Source of the DNA: Squalus acanthias
Lineage: Eukaryota
Length of the DNA stretch: 64,000 nt
Assembly: GCA_030390025.1 (NCBI GenBank)
Contig: CM059425.1
Location: forward strand, 43,090,001-43,154,000
Direction of reading: 5' to 3'
A model generated the notes under the pieces. It saw nothing but the letters and a program-made list of their open reading frames with translations. It did not search any database and had not been told where the DNA came from. The stretch's first letter is position 1. Each line of letters starts with the position of its first letter. A program made the translations under genes and the position numbers. Positions 50,076 to 62,285 of the stretch are shown here, in pieces.

Positions 50076-51069
50076 ATTGCACCCAGCACACTGGTCTAAT
50101 TGTATTTACTGGAAAAAAATACTGCCATTTAATTTTCTTCCAGGTAAAGTTAGCCAACAGACCTGTTAGGTTTTAATCAGAGAAAAGTGCCCTGCTAGTA
50201 CAGGAGACCAGAAAATGTGTGTGTTTCTGCAAGTACTGTCACCCCTCCTCTGCACATAGTGGTGCAAGCAGCTAGTATAAATAGTTCCCTGTTTGCACTG
50301 CTATATGGATGGTACCAGTGTTGGAACAGCATCAATATACTGGGGTGTTGCAGGGCTGCATGATGCTGGACCTCAGAACAAAGATGTGCAGTGCAGGCTC
50401 TCATAGTCAAGTTGCATACTGTTCCATTATGACACCCAACTTTTGCTCTCTGTTACTGGGTGTTAGATGGTGTAGATTACATGTGCTCTCTGCAGCGACG
50501 CTAATTGTCACGTTTCACCCCAACCGCAACAGTGTCATCATTATGGAATACATGGCCAAAATGTGAGGTTTTGTATGAGAAGTTTATTCAATAAACCTTA
50601 TTCTAAAATTGCATTTGCATAACATTCTGCAACTAACCTTTTAGTGCAAAAAGAGACATCCTTGGGGAATGTGCATAATATTATTAGCATGACTCATAGC
50701 ATTTCTGATAAACAACTTTCACAGTTTTGTGGTATCTATCTGCCATGTTGTTGAGTTCAGGTTTATATAGAAAAAGAATTCGAGTGGAACCTCAATTACC
50801 CACCCTCTCAATATCTGAATTCTCAATCAGTGCAATTCTTTGCAGATGATAGGAGACAAGTGGGATTCAGGTCTGCAGATATTTCCCCTCTAATCTGTTC
50901 TTAACAGCAAGTTTAGCCAGTGCAAGAACAGTTGATCTATCAGCTGATCTACTGGCTCATAACCCCCACATAGTGACCCAACTGTCAGACCCACCAGAGA
51001 CCTGAGAAAGCTGCCTAACAGGGCTCCCCAACCATTGACCGCCAGCCACAGAGGTGAGTGCTAAAAGCA

Positions 51070-51456
51070 GCATGCTCATTTGTTAGCACCCTTGCCTCTG
51101 AGTCAGAAAGTTGTCGGCTCAAACCCCATTCCAGGATGTGAGCACATAATCTATGCTGAGACTTCAGTGTCTGAGGGAATGCTGTGCTGTTGGACATGTC
51201 ATCATTCAACGAGATGTTTAAATAAGGCCATATCTACCTCTTCTAGTGGTTGAAGTGAATGTTAAAAATTCTGTTGTACCATTTGAAGAAGAAAAGGAAG
51301 TTTTCTGGATGCCCTGGCCGCCACTCCTCCCTTAATCAACATCACTTAAAAAAAACTTTCATCTTATTATTTGTGGGATTTTGCTGTGTACAAAATACTT
51401 TGAGCTCTTTCTGAGAGATGTGAAATAGTGCTATCAAAATGCAAGTCTTTTCTTTT
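51070..51456 (+). mobile_element. Degenerate Deu-SINE (SacSINE1-like)
   Basis: Diverged reverse complement of 48820-49276. Confidence 0.75.
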
Positions 51457-51573
51457 CCAGCAATGCTGTTAGCAGCTTCTATCGTGGTAATTTTGGTAAA
51501 GGTTAACAACTGGTACAGAAACTCATTATATGTGATACCAGCACAATATTGTGTTTTAAACAGACAATATGTT

Positions 51574-52956
51574 CCTGACATCAGTCGTAGGGAAAATGCT
51601 AGAATCTATTATTAAGGACATGGTAACAGGGCACTTAGAAAATAATAATAGGATTGGGCAGAGTCAACACGGATTTATGAAAGGGAAATTGTGTTTGACG
51701 AATCTGTTAGTTTTTTGAGGTTGTAACTAGCAGAATAGATAAGGGGGAACCAGTGGATGTGGTGTATTTGGATTTTCAGAAGGCATTCGATAAGGTGCCA
51801 CACAAGAGGTTATTAAACAAAATTAGGGCTCATGGGATTGGGGTAATATACTAGCATGGATTGAGGACTGGTTAATGGACAGAAAACAGAGAGTAGGAAT
51901 AAGCGGGTCATTTTCGGGTTGTAAGGCTGTAACTAGTGGGGTACCGCAAGGATCAGTGCTTGGGCCTCAGCTACTCACAATCTATATCAATGATTTGGAT
52001 GAGGGGACAAAATGTAATATATCCAAGTTTGCTGATGATACAAAGCTGGGTGGGAATGTAAGTTGTGAGGAGGATGCAAAGAGGCTTCAAGGGGATATAG
52101 ACAGGCTAAGTGAGTGGGCAAGAACATGGCAAATGGAATATAATGTGGAGAAATATGAAGTTATCCACTTTGGTAGGAAAAATAGAAAAGCAGTGTATTG
52201 TTTAGATGGTGAGAGATTGGGAAATGTTGGTGTTCAGAGGGACCTGGGTGTCCTTGTACACGAATCACTGAAAGTTAACATGCAGGTACAGCAAGCAATT
52301 AGGAAAGCAAATGGTATGTTGGCCTTTATTACAAAGGGATTTGAGTATAAGAGTAAAGATGTCGTACTGCAATTATATAAGGCCTTGGTGAGACAACACC
52401 TGGAGTATTGTGTACAGTTTTGGTCTCCTTTACTAAGAAAGGATACACTTGCCATAGAGGGAGTGCAACAAAGGTTCACCAGACTGATTCCTGGGATGGG
52501 GGGATTATCCTATGAGGAGAGATTGAGCAGACTAGGCCTATATTCTCTAGAGTTCAGAAGAATGAGAGGTGATCTCATCGAAACATACAAAATTCTTACA
52601 GGGCTTGACAGGGTAGATGCAGGGAGGATGTTTCCCCTGGCTGGGGAGTCTAGAACCAGGGGTCACAGTCTCAGAATAAGGGGTCTGACATTTAGGACTG
52701 AGATGAGGAGAAATTTCTTCACTCAGAGGGTTGTGAATCTTTGGAATTCTCTACCCCAGAGGGCTGTGGAGGCTCAGTCGTTGGGTATATTCAAGGCAGA
52801 GATCGATAGATTTTTGGATATTAAGGGAATCAAGGGATATGGGGATAGTGCAAGAAGGTGGAGATGAGGTAGAAGATCAGCCATGATCTTATTGAATGGC
52901 GGGACAGGCTCGAGGGGCCAAATGGCCTACTCCTACTCCTAATTCTTACGTTCTTA
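51574..52956 (+). mobile_element. 5'-truncated CR1 LINE (HER1-like): RT C-terminal half plus 3' UTR
   Basis: ORF 51875-52867 has SGVPQGSVLGP, FADDTKL, HLEYCVQFWSP and FFTQRVVNLWNSLP. Upstream QHGFMKG and YLDFQKAFDKVPH are frameshifted; tail ttcttacgttctta. Confidence 0.95.
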
Positions 52957-53629
52957 GGTTGATTTTTATAGTCAGAAGCTCTGCAATACTGATCGAAGTG
53001 ATGGCATTGCTGGAGTTGAGTGCATGCTGCCTTTGGTGTTAATCTTTGCAGCTGTAGAGGCCTTTTGGTTGGTGTTGGGAGTTGAGAGTTTTTGACTGGC
53101 TGTCTGGCTGCTAAAGTCATGAACATATTCGTGGCGTGCTTTGGGCCAGTAAACCAACTGATGGATTAGGTGTTCCAGCATCAGCTGATCTTGGCGGAAG
53201 CAGAAGACCAGAGTGCTGCTGCAGATGACTGAGGTAAGTGGGTGGGGAAAGGCAGCACCTTCAAAAGACAACAGTCAGCCATATAATTTGTGGCTCTCTC
53301 AATTATCTGGCAATTTCCAATATCCGACAGGGAAATTCCCTGCATTTTGTCAGATAATCTAGGATTTATTGTATATGTATTTATATAAAATATAGAAAAC
53401 TGTAAAACTTTATGGTTCACAATGTACATCTATATTTTAGTTAGAAGTATTTTAACACAATAAGTTTTTAATATGGATGAACACAGCCAGAACACATGGC
53501 AGTTTATTCATCATACAGTATATAGTTTATGCAAATAATTTGTACAATTATTTCTTAAAACACAACTTAAATTAATTGTATAGACCCCTGTATTGTTTAA
53601 AATCCATCACATTCAGTTGGTTCAGTTTA

Positions 53630-54069
53630 TAGAAACATAGAAACTAGGAGCAGGAGTAGGCCATTCGGCCCGTCGAGCCTGCTCCACCATTCAATACGAT
53701 CATGGCTGATCATCCAAATCCAGTACCCTGTCCCTGCTTTCTCACACAGAATCCCCACATCGAGCCTGCACCTATCCCACCCTATCCCCGTAACCCCACG
53801 TATTTAATTCCCCCTAACATATCCCATCCTATCCCCATAACCCCACATATTTAATCCCCCCCTAACACGAAGGGTCAATTTATCATAGCCAAATCAACCT
53901 AACCCGCACATTTTTGGACTGTGGGAGGAAACCGGAGCACCCGGAGGAAACCCACGCAGACACGGGGAGAATGTGCAAACTCCACACAGACAGTCACCCG
54001 AGGTCAGATTCGAACCCGGGTCCCTGGCGCTGTGAGGCACCAGTGCTAACCACTATGCCACCGTGTTGC
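53630..54069 (-). mobile_element. HE1-like V-SINE with CR1-derived tail
   Basis: On minus: A box TGGCATAGTGG, B box GGTTCGAATC, V-domain TGTGTGGAGTTTGCACATTCTCCCCGTGTCTGCGTGGGTTTCCTCCGG; tail shared with the CR1 at 52874-52955. Confidence 0.9.
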
Positions 54070-54597
54070 ATATTAAAAAGAACAAAGCCCATTAATTCAG
54101 ATTTGAGACTATTTTACTCTGGGTTTTTCTTACATAAATAAGTAATTCACGATGAAGGCAATTTGCCTACCTATAATCACTTGCCTTGATATTTGCAACA
54201 TTTTTTACATACTTGAACATGTCTGCATATGATGCAGGATCTAAGTTCACTGTGAATATATTGGTGTTAAATCAAAAATCAACTTTTGATGTCAAACAGA
54301 AACACAGCTGATTAGAATATTGGCAAAAATTAAGATTAATTCAGATTGTGGCGAATTAAAATCCAATTGAATTTTCCATGGTAACAAGTTTAAACTGATT
54401 TCTGATGAAAATGATGGAAATGTTGTGTTTACATGTTGACTACAAACCATAGCTCCAAGTATTACATCGGAAAAAAGAATAAAAACAGAACGTAGGAACG
54501 GAAAAAGACTATTAAGCTGATCAAGCTGTCCTATCTTCAGCTCCATGATCAGGACCCAAACTTTCATTTGGCCTGCTATCTTGGCACCTTGCCCACG

Positions 54598-54771
54598 GGG
54601 GTAATTATCAACTTGGGTGGGATGGAAAACTGGTGGTAGCAATTGCCCACCCGTTCTACATCCCACCCAATTTTCCTATCCAAATGAAAAGGAAAATCAG
54701 GCGGGGTGTTTAACAAGCAGCCGATCTGCTACTGCTAGTCTGAAGCCCCTGGTAAAGTAAAAAATTACCCC
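54598..54771. mobile_element. Palindromic MITE
   Basis: GGGGTAATT...AATTACCCC ends; inner attttcct/aggaaaat dyad. Confidence 0.6.
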
Positions 54772-57700
54772 TATTTCTTTACGCTTAACTTGTGTAGAAA
54801 TCTGTCCATCCCTTTTCAAATGACTCAAGTGAGCCCACATTGACTGCACTAACATTTTTCCTATTTTATATACAATAGATTTTGTCAGATAAAAAGTTAG
54901 ATATTACCAGGCTTCATGTACAGCACTGTGACTATACATTACTGACTACTTAAAGAACAAAATCAGATGAGAAAATAACTGCTGGTCAAACTTGCCAACC
55001 AATATATGGGACGGATTTTGTTCATTTTGATTTGGGACTTCTGATCACGAGGAAGAACTGATAGTCTCTTTCTCCCTTTGAAATGTGCCTGTTTTTGGTT
55101 GACCTGTAGCAGGGTCTAGTTTTCCCTGAATAATTTCACTTTTATTCCACTTGATCTTGGTTTCCCCTTAAATTGCCTACCTGTTGCCCAGTACAAAATG
55201 ATAGCGTGGGTTGGGTTCTAGACAGGGCCAGGCGAGGCACAATACAGGAAATGGATGCGGATGGTATTATTTGAAAGGCAACAATTGAAAAAGCCACTTT
55301 TGTTGTCTGGATTTCTATTATCAAGATGATTTGGAGGCTACCATTGAAATTCCACTGTCTGGTTCAAAACTGGTGGTTATCCTTCTCCTCCTTGTGATTA
55401 ATACTGCACCAAAGGATGGATGAGAATGGCCTGGGTTGACTTGCTCTCTTATTTTTGCTTTCTTGTTATGGGGTAAGTATATCACCAATACTCGGGCAGC
55501 CTGGCTGAAATCAGAAACTTACCAAGTGTGGATTACAGGCATGAATTTACATCCTACTACTTTGAGCAGTTTGTTGGGCCTCTCTAACTTGAAGTTCTTG
55601 AAGTCTAAAACAGACTCTAGCCTAGGTGATTTAGTTGCTGAACTTGAAGAGTGATCTGCTTCAGGGATATGAGGAGAGAGAGAGAGAAAAATTGAAACTC
55701 AGCAATATACCATTGAGGAATTCTGATGTTGTTCTACATCCATGTCATATTTTCCAAAGTTTAAAATTACATAATATAATGGATGACTAGCAATGAGTTT
55801 AAAGATCATTACACTAATTGCAGGGTACAGAATATATTGTAAACTGTAACATCAATCTTACGAGTTATAAAGATAAGCCAGGCTGTTTTTTTCAGGGAAT
55901 ATACAGGATGATTCACAATTTATGGCAATTAAAATAAGATCTTACTTGAGATTAATGAATGTAGAGGCTAGTATAAGGAATTGACTAAATTGATTAATAT
56001 ATTTGTTGAAAACAAGGGTTTAAACAATATTACTCTTAAACAGTATTTCATGTCTCGAGCTAAGACTTTCAGAGCAACTACAGTTACAGTACTGAAAATA
56101 TAAATGTTCTCCACTTGACGTGATTTATTTACCCTGTGGAATAGATAGACCGCTGTACAAAGTTTTATGTACACGTCAGCATTAAAAACTTGTTTTTGAT
56201 GGAAAAAGTTAACCACCTGCAACTAAATGGCAGTAAATCACAGTCCTGACACAACCACACATGTTTATACTGTCACCCGAGTGACCTTCAGGGAAACCCA
56301 GGCTGGAAGCTTGTAGCTTCAAATTTCCAGTAGCAACACTTTTGCACAAATCCACAGCAAGGAGAGCTGACATGATTTCGTGTGCATAGTTATTGGAATA
56401 TAAGTTGTCTTACCCATTCAAAATATGATTGACCAAGCAATCATCCTTGCATGTACAGCAGGGGGTCAATACACCTCCGCTAATGTGGGTGAATTGTCAT
56501 CATGTGAAACCAGTCTAGTTCTTTTTTTTTTGCATTCTTTCTTTATGCTTAATATGTTAATAAATTCAAGGACAGGTTATTGGAAGACATGTAAGAAGAA
56601 TTCTAACTTATCATTTGGTCGAGCTGTTTTATTCATTTCTGAGATTAATGTGCATATTTTCAGATCAGGCATTTGTGAAACTGTAGCATTGCTGAGGTAT
56701 ATCTCATTATGCCTCTGTTGGACTACTTTAATGCAGTAGATAGTACCTTTTTTTCAAAACACTTTTCTGAACTCTCTGCTCAACAAATGTCTTGAAGTGG
56801 TGTTCCACTTCTATGAACAGCGAGTAAGTGCTTTACAATTACAAAGCTTCTGTCAGTTTTTCTGACAGAGACCTCTTACGTGAGACATGTGGCAAAAAAG
56901 AAAGGCAATTAAACTCTCCAGTCTGACACAAAATGTGCTTAAAAGGGTCGATGCCAGTAAGGGTTGATGCCTTTACTTTTTTGAGTGCAGTGAGAAGCCT
57001 TCCACTGCCTCTTTATAAGGGAACTACAAAGGGACAAGGATGTTGCAGCTATTAAACTTGCAAATGTGACATATATAAACTCTCTCATTAGAAGAACACA
57101 AGCTATTGAGTAGCTTTTTTATAACCTAGTTGGTGTCAGAAATAGTGCATCTGCGAACAGTAAAGAGGCTTATGCAATTTAATGATTTAAACTCACATGA
57201 AAGAAATTATTACTCACTTAAACACTGTAGCTTGACCAACAACATGCTGCCACATAGAACTAGTGTATAACAGAACTGGAAAGTGGGGGTTTCTAGTTAG
57301 AGTGCAATTATTCATGTACTCAACTATAACTCAATTTGTACTTGCACCTAAACTCACTATGATATGTCTTAATTGAGGATACTACTGAGATAAGGAACAG
57401 GACTGCTCTGTTTGCATCATAGTTACACTGGGGACAACTTTGATCATTGATAACAGTATAGAGATCATGGAAGGCTGTCCTTTCAACCTGTAATTTCACA
57501 ATGATAGACAAATGACAGTAGGGTGATGTCAGAAGTGGTTGACTTCATCCCTTTGATATCTATGTTGCCAGTCAACTGCTGATGATATAGCTCTTTTCGG
57601 CATAGCTTTTCAGCTGAACAGTTTTTGGAGTGAAATCCATACTAACGCTGTGGTTTTGTGCGTGAGTTCTTGTAGTGCTGCATTTTACAGTAGAATAGTT

Positions 57701-59039
57701 ACATCATCAGTACTCAAGCTGCAAATATTCTTGGGATGTTATTGTGGCTTTGATGTTTGTCATTGATTTTATTTATAATCCAAGCAATCAATCAGTGTCA
57801 ATTAGTCAAAGGCACCCACCTTTTTAATTGGAGTAATGGTACAATCGTAATGTTTCCTGGAATTTTGCAGCTTATTTGCCTTTTTTACTTCTGATGCAAT
57901 ATTTTGGGTTATTCAAGTATCGATTCTTTGAGGACAAATAAGATGGCCTGTGGGATATTTGTGTCATGCAACACCGTAATATTTATCAGGCTGCATGCTT
58001 ATATAGAAACCATCAGACGATCATTAAAATAGATTACTATAAACTGAAAGGAGAAGTGAGGAACAACGTGAGGGGCCTTTAAATATATACGTACTAGGGT
58101 GTGTGAGACCGTGAAATAAAGTGTCCTCTCAGGAGATACACAGAGTGGCACCAGAATTAAGATGCTTTGTGTGCTGATGCTAGGACGTGTTTTATCATGG
58201 TTTAGCGTAACTATAGTTCCACAGGCTAAAGATGACCGTACAAGATTTCACCATAGCTGAAGGAATAATTTAAATAAAAGAGGAGAAAACAGCACCAGCA
58301 TCAACAAGTTAACATCTTAAAAGTCTATTATGTTGTGTATCAATACCATGCATTCTATTTTGTCCTTGGGCCTTGTTATTATGCCATCACAGTTTTAGTT
58401 CTTTGTGATTGGTCTGCAGTGATTAAGTTCTTCTCATTCAGATACTAAAGCTCTGCTGAAGTTTATAGTTTATAGTTTACCTGCCTTTTTTAACTCAAAG
58501 GAAACACAATGAGGGCCTTCCATTTATTTCTCTTACTGTGACTCTCTGGCTCTCACGCCCCGTTTTTCCTGTCTGTCCTGATTACATCTAAAGTGAAAGT
58601 CTTAATCCTGTCACCAGAGGGGTGGTATCTTTCTGATCCAGTTTCTGCCTCTCTACTGCTACATGAGCCAAGTAGTTCTGGCAGTTGAAGCGTTTTGCAT
58701 ATCAGCAGACTAGAAAGTAATTTGATGCTTCTGATACAAATTTTGAATCAGTAATGAAACCAGCTATTCTGAACATGTGGCTTATAGTAGAGCTGGGCAA
58801 CAGGATCTACTTTGCACAGAATTTCGAGGGAAGTTTGACAGACCTGCAGAGTTAGGGCAATGGGAAGACCTGTTCCCATGCATTCCCCCAAATAATGATC
58901 ATGAGATGAGGAACAGAGAGATAGAGAAATATAGAGAAGCTGAAGAAGGTCAATAAATAAATAATGACAAAATGGAAGAACTCAAGAGATGAAACAACAG
59001 GAGAGAGGCTGAGAAAGCTCTGATAATAGAGTTTTTAAT

Positions 59040-59720
59040 ATTTTCCAATTTTTCTCCCCTCTCTTGAAGCCGGAGGTATATCTCCATAGAGTCAGGCCAC
59101 TAACCAGTACCTCATCCAAAATGCTATTCTTTGTGTGTGAACCTGTCTAATGAATGTCAGAAGGTTCTTTGATCTTCAAAGGCATCACAGCTGTACCTGA
59201 CTCTGTTTTCACCAAACGTCCACATTGAGCAATTTCCAGATTGGAAACTTTTCTCCTCTCCCTAGCACAGGAGTGCAGAAGCCGATTGTAACATACTACA
59301 GGAAACTCTTTATTAACCGGCACCGACGGGACCGGCGTGGTGCCGGTTAATCAAAAAGTCCGGATAATGGAGAGTTATATCTCCCAACGTACGAGAGCCC
59401 CGTACACACTGACATGCACCTGCATTCGGAGCTCCGTCTCCCCGGGGACCGCCAGCTGACCATCTGTCGTGTCCGCTGCCTACCCGGGCTGCACATTCCC
59501 CTCCCAATCTACACGCTCCGATACAAGGCAAACGCCTCGGGGTTTTTTTTAAAGTTAATTTTAAACGAGAGATGAAGGAAAACCCCGGTTACCTACTCAA
59601 GAATTTTGCCGGTTAAGAGAGATTTCCGGATATTTGGGTGCCAGTTAATAAAGAGTTTCCTGTAACTGCTGCCCTGGCAAAGATCAGCTAACTCAGGTTT
59701 GAATCTGGCATTTTCTGGTC
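59040..59720 (-). mobile_element. Family X SINE-like copy interrupted by a Tc1/mariner MITE
   Basis: Family motifs continue across the 59299-59662 insert. Confidence 0.6.
59299..59662. mobile_element. Tc1/mariner (pogo/Tigger-like) MITE, 364 bp
   Basis: TA TSD on both sides; 26-bp TIR CAGGAAACTCTTTATTAACYGGCACC (25/26); CpG-rich interior. Confidence 0.9.
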
Positions 59721-59902
59721 TGGGAGAATTGTTTTACTTAATTGGGAATTAAACTTTAGCTAAAGTATTATAATTATAATTGTTAAACATTTTGTTCACA
59801 AAACCTAAGGGAGGAATCTAGTCGCTAATATAATACACAGCAAACACAGGAGCTACACTTGTTCCATTTTCAGCAGTGCTTTCTGGCTGTGATAAAATCA
59901 CT

Positions 59903-60962
59903 GGGAGTGATTTTCAACTCCCGCTGTCCATTTCTCACCTGTAAAATGGGCGGCTGCCACTGGAGGCTGGGGGCATCTTGGCCACCCCATTGATGCCCAA
60001 AGCCTGCCTGATGCTATTATCAGGCGGGCGTGCAAGCGAACACGCAGCACGCCCGCCTGTTTCCAGCAGGAGGTTGCTTAAATATGCAAATTGGAGTCCT
60101 TTGCCGCTTGTAAGACTTTGTTTGCAATTTTCAGGTCCAAATGGGCAGAGCTAGGGTTGCCAACTCTGACGTATTGCTGGCGGTTTCATCACATGACTTC
60201 GCGCCTCCAACCTGCCCGCCCCCACACTCCCCCTCATTGGTCACCCGACATGTCTATCCTCGTGGCACACTGCCTTCTCACGACAATTGGAAAGCGAACA
60301 GACTCTTCATTACCCGTTTGAATGATCTGGACTGTCAGTCAAACAGCCTTTATTCCCCATCTCCAATATTTTTATAATTAATAGATGAAAATGTTCAAAG
60401 AAAATGAAAAAAATCATACAATTTTTTAATGCCCCTATGATGTTTCTCCAGGGTTGCTCACTGCAGTGTTCAGGAGATTAATCTTTAATTCCTGCAGACT
60501 CCAGGGCCATCCTGGAGGGTTGGCAACCGTATATGCTGCACACACGCTGACCATTTATACCAGGCATTGAGCGGTCTAACCAGTGTTCCTTAAAGGGACC
60601 ATTGGTGGCCTTTCAAGAAATGGCCCAAAAATCTTTGGGGGAGAACTTTTGTGGGGCCAGAAGGAGCAGGAGCCCTCCTCCTGGTTCCGCAAAAAATAAT
60701 TCTGGCTGCCGGCTCATGTTCGATCCCTCCTCCAAGACCGGCTCCCCCTCCCCTCTCAGACCTGACCTACCGGCTGGCTCAGTGTGGGAACCGGTTGACT
60801 TTCTGCCCTCCCACAACCGGTGGTCTGCAGTGGGGTACCCGGCTGGTATCCGCAGCTTGCTGGTGAGACTCAAATGAGGTCTGACCCAAAATGATTGGGG
60901 CCTCCTGACGCTGCTCGGCCAACTTCACACACCTGTTTCGGGCAGAAGTTGAAGATTGCCCC
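59903..60962. mobile_element. GC-rich non-autonomous DNA transposon (PIF/Harbinger-like) hosting the hAT element
   Basis: Ends GGGAGTGATTTTCAACT and (rc) GGGGCAATCTTCAACT. Confidence 0.6.
60152..60531. mobile_element. hAT (Blackjack-like) non-autonomous element
   Basis: TIRs TAGGGTTGCCAACTCT and TACGGTTGCCAACCCT (14/16); no recognisable TSD. Confidence 0.7.
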
Positions 60963-61029
60963 TACAGTGTCAGAGAATGCTTGTGCTCAGCTTCCACTGA
61001 AGTTTTCCATCATAAGGAAGCCATTTTAT

Positions 61030-61430
61030 TTATTTTTTCTCTTCCAATTTTCCCTCTGATTTTTCTCCCTTTGTACCTTCTCTCCTGAAGTAAGTGAAGC
61101 ACACTAGATTGTGGTTCCACAGGTGACAGCAGCCCTCTGATGCCTCACTACGTGACTACTCTTTAGGAGTGAACAAGCACTCTTGAGTGCTGGTATGCTG
61201 TTCAAATGTGAAGACATCACAACAATCCTGATGCAATCCTTGCCTGATGTCCACATGTGCACATTCAGCAGGGTTCTTTGGAAAGTGATCAGGATCAGCC
61301 ATGGCTGATTTGTTTTCTCCCTTAGGATGCCACAGTCCAGAGATATAAAACTAGGACTTTCCTGGACCTGCTTGACTCAGTGATCACCATATGGAGCACT
61401 TATACACTATCGGGATTGGAGAAAGCTCTT
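61030..61430 (-). mobile_element. Family X SINE-like copy
   Basis: Same motif order as the other copies. Confidence 0.55.
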
Positions 61431-61919
61431 TACCTTTAAAATATGTATATATTTTAAATGATATAATAGTTATATTCAACAAATTAATAAGAGTGCACAT
61501 TTTTTGTGTCAAAAAACAAAATGCTTTTTCTTCCTTTTTCTTTGTCTCTCTAAATGTTGCATTCTATTTTCTATCCGAAGCCATGATTTACCTTCTGAAT
61601 TTATTCAACGCACCCTTTTCCCCCTTGATTTCCTTATTTTTTGTACTAGACTAATGTTACAGATAAAGCTTTCTTGACTATTATAATGACATAGTCATCA
61701 GTAAAAAGAATAGGTGGGAGTTATTAACCAAGACTCCTGAGCTGGCAGCAAATTTCTGTCCTTTTCTCTGGAGTGTTCCCACTTGGATGATTCATATTGG
61801 TACACAAGTAAAATAAAATGTTAAAAATCATAAATATTACAAAGAAAGTGAAAAGAGCAGGATTCAAATTTTAAAAAATGAAATGGCAAATAGCTATTTT
61901 TTCTTCAATATCGTCTCCT

Positions 61920-62285
61920 GATTTTTTTCCCCTGTCATTGACTCCTTATTTGGTCTTTAATCGCCTTGGACGGATCCATGGGTGCCAATTGCACTGTCAT
62001 ACCTCACCCCAGTGGCCATTATTCATATGTTAGACTTGGCAGTGAGTAGTGACTGAGGAGGACTTCACAGCTGAGCCTGATCCTCCCCTTACCTTGTGTC
62101 CACACAAGTGCACTTTCAGTAGGGGTCACTGTGGTGGCGATCAAGAGCAGAAGACCTGGCTGACTTTCTCTCTCTCAATCTAGGTCACAATTGTGGTGCC
62201 CTTCCACTGCCCTGTCTTGAGATTTCGCACAACTGTTTTTTTTTTATGGTCTTGGGGTTTATCTCTGAGCCATTGAGGAAGCTCA
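61920..62285 (-). mobile_element. Family X SINE-like copy
   Basis: cccagtggccattattc...cacagctgagcctgatcct...ggggtcactg...ctggctgacttt...ctgagccatt. Confidence 0.6.

Noticed and set aside
51875-52867. 330-aa ORF as a functional or domesticated RT
   Set aside because: 5'-truncated CR1 with upstream frameshifts; the N-terminal RT motifs are out of frame and there is no endonuclease.
58593-58636. VKVLILS as the next KIF26A exon (expected VKVMLRI)
   Set aside because: No in-phase AG acceptor, an early stop and no further similarity; the motor-domain exons probably lie beyond the window.
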